A stretch of DNA of 64,000 nucleotides from Gammaproteobacteria bacterium (GTDB taxonomy: Bacteria > Pseudomonadota > Gammaproteobacteria > Steroidobacterales > Steroidobacteraceae), in assembly GCA_043784265.1 (NCBI GenBank), contig JAYVYN010000024.1, positions 2,621-66,620 of the forward strand, in the 5' to 3' direction. Numbering within the stretch: the stretch's first letter is position 1; each line of letters starts with the position of its first letter. The notes under the pieces were generated by a model, which saw only the letters and a program-made list of their open reading frames with translations, searched no databases and was not told the DNA's origin. Below, piece after piece: positions 56,827-64,000 of this stretch. The translations under genes were made by a program, and so were the position numbers.

Positions 56827-58584
56827 ATGAAACTCTGTAGCTTAAATATTGCTGATGGCGTCTCGCGTTTTGTAGTGACAATGGTCCTGAGCCTTGCGTA
56901 TGCGCTGCCAAGCGTCGCTGACGATCTAGCGTCAGCGCGTCCAGCACGCCCGGCGCTGCAGGTGCCTATGGCACATAGCGTGCCGCATAAATCTGCAATC
57001 GCGAGCGCGCATCCTTTGGCAAGCAAGGCGGGCCTTGAGATTTTGAGCCAGGGCGGTAATGCCTTTGATGCGGCGGTCGCGGTTTCGGCGGCTTTAGCGG
57101 TGGTGGAACCGAGTGGTTCGGGATTGGGCGGCGGCGGGTTCTATTTATTACATCGTGCGAAAGATGGTTTTGAAACCATGCTGGATGCGCGGGAGAGTGC
57201 GCCGGCGGCGGCGACTCGGGATATGTATTTAGATAAGGCGGGTAATCCGGTGGATAACGCGTCGATTGTGGGTCCGCTGGCGGCGGGCATTCCGGGAGAG
57301 CCTGCTGCGTTTGAGGCGTTGGCCGTTAAGTACGGTAAGTTGCCGTTAAAACAATCCTTGCAGCCAGCGATTCGGTTGGCGCGTGAGGGGTTCCCGATGT
57401 ACGCGCGTTTGCAATCGGGGATTCGCTACAAGCGTGAGTTATTACTGCGTTCACCGGATTCGGCCAAGATATTTTTAACTGCTGCGGGTGCGGTGCCGGA
57501 GCTCGGTGCGCTCATCAAGCAACCGGAGTTGGCTGCGATTTTGGAGGCGCTCGCGGCGCGCGGCGCGAAAGGATTCTACTCAGGACCTGTTGCTCAAGAG
57601 CTCGTGAACGGAGTGCGGGCGGGCGGCGGAATTTGGACTTTGCAGGATTTGTCATCGTACAAGGTGATTGAGCGAGCGCCGGTGGTGGGGCATTACCGGG
57701 GTGCGCGGATTGTGTCGTCGGCGCCTCCGGCATCGGGTGGAATTGCGTTGCTGGACACGCTGAATATTTTGGAAGGATTCGATCTTGCGCATCTGGATTC
57801 GGCGACGCGTAAGCATTTGGTGATTGAGGCGATGCGCCGTGCGTATCGTGATCGGGCGCTGTATTTGGGCGATCCGGATTTCGTTAATGTGCCGGTATCG
57901 ATGTTGGTGAGTCCTGATTACGCGGCGGGGCAGCGGGCGAGCATTCGCTTGGATAGGGCGATGCCGAGTGATTTGTTGCCGGGAATTGAGGCGCCGCCGA
58001 CTGGACCACAGACCACGCATTTTTCGGTGTTGGACGCGGCGGGTAATCGAGTAGCGGGAACTATTTCGCTGAACCTATGGTTGGGTGGTGGCTATGTGGT
58101 GCCTAAGACTGGGGTGCTGCTAAATAACACCATGGATGATTTCTCGATTAAGCCGGGCGTGCCGAATCAGTATGCGTTAGTGGGCGGTATTGCGAATGAG
58201 ATTGGGCCTAACAAGCGTAGTCTTTCGAGTATGACGCCGTCATTTATTGAAACGCCGCGGGGTTTGATGATTATTGGATCACCGGGCGGTAGCTATATCA
58301 TCAGCATGGTGATTTTGGGCACGCTGAATTATTTGGATGGGATGCGTGCGGCTGAAATCGTCAAGAGTCCCCGGTATCACATGCAATATCTGCCGGATGA
58401 AGTGGACTATGAGAGCGGTGCGTTTACTGACGTTGAAGTAAAAGCTCTGCAGCTTAAGGGTCAGAAGCTTAGCGAAGGCAAGCGGCGATGGGGAAACATG
58501 CAGGTAGTTACCTGGGATTTCGCGACTGGCAAAGTCGAAGCGGCATCAGACCCGCGCGGCGAGGGCGAGGGATTGGTTTACTAG
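56827..58584 (+). CDS. ggt: Gamma-glutamyltransferase
   Basis: Signal peptide, the autoprocessing/catalytic Thr in PQTTHFSVLD, and GSPGGS near the C-terminus. Confidence 0.92.
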   Translation: MKLCSLNIADGVSRFVVTMVLSLAYALPSVADDLASARPARPALQVPMAHSVPHKSAIASAHPLASKAGLEILSQGGNAFDAAVAVSAALAVVEPSGSGLGGGGFYLLHRAKDGFETMLDARESAPAAATRDMYLDKAGNPVDNASIVGPLAAGIPGEPAAFEALAVKYGKLPLKQSLQPAIRLAREGFPMYARLQSGIRYKRELLLRSPDSAKIFLTAAGAVPELGALIKQPELAAILEALAARGAKGFYSGPVAQELVNGVRAGGGIWTLQDLSSYKVIERAPVVGHYRGARIVSSAPPASGGIALLDTLNILEGFDLAHLDSATRKHLVIEAMRRAYRDRALYLGDPDFVNVPVSMLVSPDYAAGQRASIRLDRAMPSDLLPGIEAPPTGPQTTHFSVLDAAGNRVAGTISLNLWLGGGYVVPKTGVLLNNTMDDFSIKPGVPNQYALVGGIANEIGPNKRSLSSMTPSFIETPRGLMIIGSPGGSYIISMVILGTLNYLDGMRAAEIVKSPRYHMQYLPDEVDYESGAFTDVEVKALQLKGQKLSEGKRRWGNMQVVTWDFATGKVEAASDPRGEGEGLVY

Positions 58585-58640
58585 CGGCGGTGAGCGATTG
58601 GTTTTGTCGGCCAGGTATTCTTAGTCTGCGGCAGTGACAG

Positions 58641-59456
58641 TTATTTCTGGCAATTTGCACACCAATAGGTTGAGCGCTGTGCTTGCACAAATTGTTTGAT
58701 CGCTGTCCGGCAAAGTCGACAGGCTTGGTCTGCACGATCATACACGAATAGTTTTTGGCTGAAATAGCCGGGCATTCCCTCGGCATTGACATAGTCTCGT
58801 AAGGTCGTCCCTCCAATTTGGATGGCTTCGGTGAGAACCGCTTTGATGGTCGCGGTGAGCATTTGCGCTTGCGCGCGGGTGATGCGTCTTGCAATGCGTC
58901 GGGGTGCGATCTTGGCGCGGAATAAAGATTCACTCGCATAAATATTGCCCACGCCGACGACGCGGTGTGAGTCCATGATGAGTTGCTTAATCGTGATACT
59001 GCGCTTGCGCGTGGCGCGATAGAGATAATCCGCGTCAAAAGCAGGGCTTAAAGGCTCGGGGGCGAGCTTAATTAATAATGGATGAGTGTGCGGGTCATCG
59101 GTTGTCCATAGCGCACTGCCAAAGCGTCGTGGATCGTGGTAGCGCAATACTTTGCTTGAGTCTAAGTGTAGCTCCCAATGGTCGTGGATCTTGTGTGGTG
59201 TGTCTGACGGTAGAATTCTTAAAGAACCCGACATACCGAGATGCACGATTAAGGTGCCATGATCAAATCTCAACAAGAGGTACTTGGCGCGTCGAGTGAC
59301 TTTGCGTACGATTTGATCGCGCAGAGTTGACTCTAAGTGATCAGGGATTGGCCAGCGCAAGCGGCGTTCGCGAACGATGAGTTCAAGGACGCGGTGATTT
59401 TGCAGCGCCGGCGCAATACCGCGCCGGGTGGTTTCGACTTCTGGGAGTTCGGGCAA
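58641..59456 (-). CDS. mutM: Formamidopyrimidine-DNA glycosylase
   Basis: MPELPEVETTRRG N-terminus and a C-terminal zinc finger C..C...YWCANCQ. Confidence 0.95.
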   Translation of the reverse strand: MPELPEVETTRRGIAPALQNHRVLELIVRERRLRWPIPDHLESTLRDQIVRKVTRRAKYLLLRFDHGTLIVHLGMSGSLRILPSDTPHKIHDHWELHLDSSKVLRYHDPRRFGSALWTTDDPHTHPLLIKLAPEPLSPAFDADYLYRATRKRSITIKQLIMDSHRVVGVGNIYASESLFRAKIAPRRIARRITRAQAQMLTATIKAVLTEAIQIGGTTLRDYVNAEGMPGYFSQKLFVYDRADQACRLCRTAIKQFVQAQRSTYWCANCQK

Positions 59457-59483
59457 TTTACGCCGCGTGCCGCGCGGAGAAAC

Positions 59484-59639
59484 CTATTTAATCTTTGATT
59501 CTTTGTAAGGGACGTGTTTACGAACCACCGGATCGAATTTGCTGGTCTCCATCTTATCGGGATGCAGACGCTTGTTCTTGGTGGTGGTGTAGTAATGCCC
59601 AGTACCAGCGGAAGAAACGAGTTTGATTTTGTCACGCAT
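59484..59639 (-). CDS. rpmG: 50S ribosomal protein L33
   Basis: Not in the ORF track because it is under 60 aa. Manual translation gives [51 protein letters not shown]. Confidence 0.9.
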   Translation of the reverse strand: MRDKIKLVSSAGTGHYYTTTKNKRLHPDKMETSKFDPVVRKHVPYKESKIK

Positions 59640-59649
59640 AGGATTTCTC

Positions 59650-59886
59650 TTAAACTTTCATGCCTTGGACGCGCATATCGGCGATGACCGCATCGACACC
59701 GCGCTTTTCAATAGTGCGCAATCCCCGGGTGGAGACGCGAAGAGTGATAAAACGCCTTTCAGATTCAACCCAAAACTTATGGGTATGTAAATTCGGCAAA
59801 AACCGCCGTCGCTTGCGATTATTAGCGTGGGAAACCGTATTTCCCGATATTGGACCCTTACCGGTGACTTGGCAGACTCGCGACAT
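59650..59886 (-). CDS. rpmB: 50S ribosomal protein L28
   Basis: [23 protein letters not shown]... Confidence 0.95.
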   Translation of the reverse strand: MSRVCQVTGKGPISGNTVSHANNRKRRRFLPNLHTHKFWVESERRFITLRVSTRGLRTIEKRGVDAVIADMRVQGMKV

Positions 59887-60028
59887 GGATAAACCTTTAA
59901 GCTTGAACTTTAATAACAGCCGCGCTTTATACCAGGCGGCGCAGCGCGGGGCAATAGATAAGCATAAATATCTTATAAATCATATACTTAATAGATAGGT
60001 TATTTTAAGCGGATCACTCGTTTTAGAC

Positions 60029-60703
60029 TTAAAGACAACCGCGTTCGGCGAGCGATACGCTATGGCCATCCCCGACAATGATGTGGTCGAGTAATCGGAT
60101 GTCCACCAAGGCTAGCGCTTCCTTGATGCGCTGTGTGATGAGTTCATCGGCTGGGCTGGGTTCGGCAATACCTGAAGGATGATTGTGAGCCACGATGACA
60201 GCAGCGGCATTACGTTGCAAAGCTTGCTTGACGATTTCACGCGGGTGCACGCTGGCGCCGTCAATAGTGCCGCGGAATAGCTCTTCGAATTTTATCAACC
60301 GGTGGCGCTTGTCTAAATAAAGGCAGCAAAATACTTCGTGTTCTAAATCGCGCAAGCGTGCGGCGAGGTAGTCGTTAGTGGCTTTAGGGCTTGCGAGTAG
60401 TGGGCCTGCGCGCATGGATTCACAGAGCTGGCGGCGGGAGATTTCTACGGCGGCTTGTAACTCGGCGAATCGCGCGGGACCTAGGCCTTTTCGCGCACAG
60501 AATTGTTGTCGGTCAGCCGCTAGTAGTTTGCGGAGCGAACGAAAATCTTTAAGTAAGGCACGGCTTAAATCCAGGGCGGATTGGCCCGGGATGCCGGTCC
60601 TCAGTAAAATCGCTAAGAGTTCGGCGTCCGATAAAGCCGCAGCGCCTTTATCGAGTAATTTCTCGCGAGGGCGTTCATCGATCGGCCAATCCTTAATTGC
60701 CAT
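60029..60703 (-). CDS. radC: RadC/YicR family JAB-domain protein
   Basis: ERPREKLL, HhH region, and the JAMM motif VAHNHPSG. Confidence 0.9.
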   Translation of the reverse strand: MAIKDWPIDERPREKLLDKGAAALSDAELLAILLRTGIPGQSALDLSRALLKDFRSLRKLLAADRQQFCARKGLGPARFAELQAAVEISRRQLCESMRAGPLLASPKATNDYLAARLRDLEHEVFCCLYLDKRHRLIKFEELFRGTIDGASVHPREIVKQALQRNAAAVIVAHNHPSGIAEPSPADELITQRIKEALALVDIRLLDHIIVGDGHSVSLAERGCL

Positions 60704-60761
60704 GCTCGCGAGAATGACCTGATTGGCGTCCTAGTCCAAGCTGCATTTTGATGGTAAAGCC

Positions 60762-61220
60762 CTAGATTTGGCCTGAGCTACCGAACCCACCAAAGCTGCG
60801 TTCGGTGGCAGTAAATTCTTCGACCACTTCAAACTCCACATGCACTATCGGGATTATCACCATTTGGGCGATACGATCACCCGGGTTAATCGTAAAAGAT
60901 GCGCTACTTCTGTTCCAGCAAGACACCATCAAGGGTCCTTGGTAATCCGAGTCAATTAACCCCACTAAATTTCCAAGTACGATGCCTTGTTTATGCCCTA
61001 ACCCTGAGCGCGGTAGCAATATGGCCGCTAGCGTAGGGTCTTCGATAAATAGAGATAAACCGGTGGCGATGAGTTCGGTGCGACCGGCCTCAAGCACCAG
61101 CGGGTCATCAATACAAGCGCGCAAATCCATGCCGGCAGAACCCGCAGTGGCATGCTCGGGTAGTGGAAATTCCTTGCCGATGCGTGGATCTAAGATGCGT
61201 AGTTTTACTTTACGTTGCAT
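60762..61220 (-). CDS. dut: dUTP diphosphatase
   Basis: Start trimmed to [29 protein letters not shown] and GLIDSDYQG motifs. Confidence 0.92.
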   Translation of the reverse strand: MQRKVKLRILDPRIGKEFPLPEHATAGSAGMDLRACIDDPLVLEAGRTELIATGLSLFIEDPTLAAILLPRSGLGHKQGIVLGNLVGLIDSDYQGPLMVSCWNRSSASFTINPGDRIAQMVIIPIVHVEFEVVEEFTATERSFGGFGSSGQI

Positions 61221-61227
61221 CGGGTGT

Positions 61228-62475
61228 TTAGCGCCGGATTCGACGGCTACGTAAACGATTACGAGGCTGGCGGCGGGTTGCGGTGGCAGGCGGTAGCCGC
61301 TTTGCAATCAGGGCAATGAGTTCGCGCGCCACCTCGAGTTTCGGTCCGCGACGCACTTCGGCTTTGCCGCCGGTCCATAGCACCGTGAGTGCATTGTCGT
61401 CACAGTCAAAAGCGATGCCGTCGCCCACGTGGTTGGCGGCAATCATGTCGAGCTTCTTGCGTTTGAGTTTACTGCGTGCATTTTCCTCAACGTCATTAGT
61501 TTCAGCGGCAAAGCCCACGACGAAGGGGCGTACGGAGTTTTCCGCTACTGATTTAACGATATCGGGCGCCGGTTCTAAGTCGAGCTTAATGGCAATACCT
61601 TGTTTTTTTATTTTGGTACTGGCAACCGTCACCGGTTGAAAATCAGCCACTGCTGCGGCAGCGATGAAAATGTCGGCATCCGCGACATGGCGATGAACCG
61701 CCGCAAACATGTCGCGTGCGCTTTCGACGTCAATACGAGTAATCGCCGCCGGCGTGGGTAATTGAACAGGACCTGCAATCAAGGTGACATGAGCGCCAGC
61801 CTCGCGCGCGGCGGCGGCGACTGCAAATCCCATTTTTCCAGAACTGCGGTTGGATAGATAACGCACTGGATCAATGCGTTCGCGAGTGGGACCCGCGGTG
61901 ATTAATACCTTAAGGCCTGCGAGCAGGCCGGCATTAGTAGCAGGTTCCAATACGCTTTGCGCTAAATTCGCAGTCTCCCACATGCGGCCTTCGCCGATCT
62001 CGCCACAGGCTTGGGCGCCCGCAGCGGGTCCTAGCACACGTACGCCGCGTTTAACGAGTGTAGCAATATTGGCCTGAGTGGCCGAGTTGGCCCACATGAG
62101 ACGATTCATAGCCGGCGCCAGAGTAATCGGTGCTTCGGTTGCAAGGCAAAGAGTTGCTAATAAATCATCGGCTCGACCGCCCGCAAGGCGTGCAATGAAA
62201 TCGGCGCTGGCAGGAGCGATCAAAATTATTTGAGCCCATCGCGCAAGTTCAATGTGGCCCATGGACCCTTCGGCGCTGCTATCCCATAGTTCACAGCGAA
62301 CCGCGCGGCCGGATAGCGCTTGAAAGGTGAGAGGCGTGACAAATTTTTGAGCGGCCACGGTCATTACTACCTGGACGTCGGCACCGTGTTCAATCAGTCG
62401 CCGCACCAAGTCAGGACTTTTATAGGCCGCAATACCGCCCGTTACGCCCAGTAAAATGCGTGTCTTGGGTGTCAA
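61228..62475 (-). CDS. coaBC: Bifunctional phosphopantothenoylcysteine decarboxylase / phosphopantothenate-cysteine ligase
   Basis: [13 protein letters not shown] flavoprotein N-terminus and the CoaB domain ([24 protein letters not shown]). Confidence 0.92.
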   Translation of the reverse strand: MTPKTRILLGVTGGIAAYKSPDLVRRLIEHGADVQVVMTVAAQKFVTPLTFQALSGRAVRCELWDSSAEGSMGHIELARWAQIILIAPASADFIARLAGGRADDLLATLCLATEAPITLAPAMNRLMWANSATQANIATLVKRGVRVLGPAAGAQACGEIGEGRMWETANLAQSVLEPATNAGLLAGLKVLITAGPTRERIDPVRYLSNRSSGKMGFAVAAAAREAGAHVTLIAGPVQLPTPAAITRIDVESARDMFAAVHRHVADADIFIAAAAVADFQPVTVASTKIKKQGIAIKLDLEPAPDIVKSVAENSVRPFVVGFAAETNDVEENARSKLKRKKLDMIAANHVGDGIAFDCDDNALTVLWTGGKAEVRRGPKLEVARELIALIAKRLPPATATRRQPRNRLRSRRIRR

Positions 62476-63128
62476 TGCGGAGCCTTTAGTTCCTTAAAGC
62501 GATCAATGTCGCTCTGGAGTTGTTTGCGCATAGTGGCATCTTCTTTGAGTTTTTCGTGCTGATTTTGTTCTTGCGTGTGAATGTCATTACCCAGATGCAC
62601 TAAATCGTCCGTCATTTGATCCGACATGGGAGGTGCTTTAGGGTTTGTACTATAAGGTTTGAACACCATGCTTGCGACTCGTAGCTTTTTGAGTCGAGCG
62701 TTAAGGACTTCGAGAAACTGACCCGTTACTTTTATTTGATCTGCCAATAGCGCCATGCGTTGGTCACGCAATCTTTCGATTTCCTGAACGGAGGCGTAAG
62801 TGTTCAATAAGTTCCGATCGCGGGTCTGACGATCTGTCACGGCTTGTTTTTTTTGATCTTCCGCGGCGATTTGTTCTGGGTTTTTTTGCGCTTCAAGGCG
62901 ATCGACTTCTATACCTTGCGAATTAATGACATGGTGTTCCTGAGATACATACTCGGGTGGGATTTGGTCACCATAATGCGTGAGCCCCTGTTCATCGACC
63001 CATTTGTATAATTTCCGTCCGTTGGACGAGTTGGGACTCGTCGCAACCCCTATTGAGGTCAATAGCATGGTAAGGCAAACAGTCCATACAAGGTTTTTCA
63101 CCACGCTAGCCCTCCTAAGATCTTTCAT
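62472..63128 (-). CDS. DUF4124-domain protein with coiled-coil C-terminus
   Basis: Start trimmed to MKDLRR, because the upstream extension would overlap pyrE. KLYKWVDEQGLTHYGDQIP motif. Confidence 0.55.
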   Translation of the reverse strand: MKDLRRASVVKNLVWTVCLTMLLTSIGVATSPNSSNGRKLYKWVDEQGLTHYGDQIPPEYVSQEHHVINSQGIEVDRLEAQKNPEQIAAEDQKKQAVTDRQTRDRNLLNTYASVQEIERLRDQRMALLADQIKVTGQFLEVLNARLKKLRVASMVFKPYSTNPKAPPMSDQMTDDLVHLGNDIHTQEQNQHEKLKEDATMRKQLQSDIDRFKELKAPH

Positions 63129-63198
63129 TATTAAACACTCCCTTGTCTCCACTTCACAATTGTGAGGCGTTGGCCCCAGATTTTCTAGGGCGCAATGC

Positions 63199-63849
63199 TC
63201 AGTCTTCCTGTCCGTAACGCTCTCGGTATGCATGCAGGTGAGCTTGCTGGTCTTTTTGCCCGGATTGGCCAATATGCTGCACGAGATCATTAAAGCTAAC
63301 GATGGAAATGACAGCAAGGCCAAATTGCTCTCGGACTTCCTGAACCGCCGAGCGTGCGCTGGTAGTGCCGCGTTCCTGGCGATCCAGCGCTAAAAGCACC
63401 CCAGCGGGTTTGGCAGCGGCGGTTTTGATGAGATCAATCGATTCACGAATGGCGGTTCCCGCCGTTATGACGTCATCCACGATTAGTACCTGGCCGTTAA
63501 GAGGGCTGCCAATGATAGTGCCGCCTTCACCATGAGCCTTAGCTTCCTTGCGATTGAAAGCGAACGGCTTATCGATATGGTGATGCTCGGCAAGCGCGGT
63601 GGCCGTGACAGTCGCCAGTGGGATGCCCTTGTAAGCCGGTCCGAACAGCATGTCAAAAGGTAGTCCAGACGCTACTAAGGCTGCGGCATAGGCACGGCCC
63701 ACGGCTGCGATCGCAGCGCCAGTGTTAAAAAGCCCCGCGTTAAAGAAATACGGACTTTCACGGCCCGATTTCAAAGTGAAATTGCCAAATCGCAGCACAC
63801 CTAAGCGTATACACAAATCTAGAAAATCATGTTGGTAGTTTTGGGTCAT
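63199..63849 (-). CDS. pyrE: Orotate phosphoribosyltransferase
   Basis: [17 protein letters not shown] and the PRPP loop [13 protein letters not shown]. Confidence 0.95.
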   Translation of the reverse strand: MTQNYQHDFLDLCIRLGVLRFGNFTLKSGRESPYFFNAGLFNTGAAIAAVGRAYAAALVASGLPFDMLFGPAYKGIPLATVTATALAEHHHIDKPFAFNRKEAKAHGEGGTIIGSPLNGQVLIVDDVITAGTAIRESIDLIKTAAAKPAGVLLALDRQERGTTSARSAVQEVREQFGLAVISIVSFNDLVQHIGQSGQKDQQAHLHAYRERYGQED

Positions 63850-63900
63850 ATAGGGCGATCGATACGCTACGGGATAGTTGGACTGGTATTATAATGCGAG

Positions 63901-64000
63901 ATGCCCACTCCGCTGCAGCCCCGCTTAAGCCTTCGTCAAGCGCTTAGCGATAAACGTATGACGGCGATATTGCTACTGGGTTTTTCCTCAGGGTTACCCC
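63901..64000 (+). CDS. ampG: AmpG-family muropeptide permease, N-terminal fragment (continues beyond the window)
   Basis: MPTPLQ...AILLLGFSSGLP resembles the AmpG TM1 motif. Only 33 codons are visible. Confidence 0.45.
   Translation, partial: MPTPLQPRLSLRQALSDKRMTAILLLGFSSGLP

Noticed and set aside
61221-61307. 29-codon N-terminal extension of dut overlapping coaBC
   Set aside because: Canonical dUTPase begins at [11 protein letters not shown] (61220), 7 nt after the coaBC stop. The extension is upstream read-through of the frame.

Overview
This looks like a chromosomal window from a gammaproteobacterium. It contains E. coli-type synteny islands: rhlB divergent from trxA-rho, mutM-rpmG-rpmB, then radC, coaBC-dut and pyrE. 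Coding is dense (about 65 CDS) with many 4-nt start/stop overlaps. I saw no rRNA, tRNA, CRISPR array, IS element or integrase. Most genes are housekeeping or envelope functions: ttcA, speA plus homospermidine synthase, greB, lemA-TPM-TPM, an L,D-transpeptidase, arfB, mscS, cysQ, yrfG, ugd, NfeD-SPFH, ggt and two TonB-dependent receptors. Six things deserve a second look. (1) An orphan contractile-tail sheath homologue is translationally coupled to a small serine hydrolase. It is preceded by an M1/LTA4H-family homologue in which all four catalytic positions are substituted. (2) A ~8.4-kb minus-strand operon with overlapping or near-abutting junctions encodes three glycosyltransferases, an MsbA-like ABC exporter, a histidine phosphatase, a TonB-dependent receptor and a cupredoxin-like protein. 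ugd lies divergent to it. (3) A CX5R phosphatase/ADP-ribosylglycohydrolase fusion is followed by an HExxH peptidase and an ATP-grasp ligase. (4) A decaying locus holds a two-component system broken by deletions, frameshifts and a 22-bp tandem triplication, plus a deletion scar in a neighbouring outer-membrane gene. (5) A 97-codon G/Q/R/N-rich open frame runs in frame into rho, next to an rhlB gene with a ~150-aa R/G/S/P-rich tail. (6) An orphan intrinsic terminator sits upstream of lemA. All family assignments come from motif recognition by eye. No similarity searches, HMMs or folding programs were run. Gene boundaries follow the supplied ORF track, with starts trimmed where a better internal start was evident.
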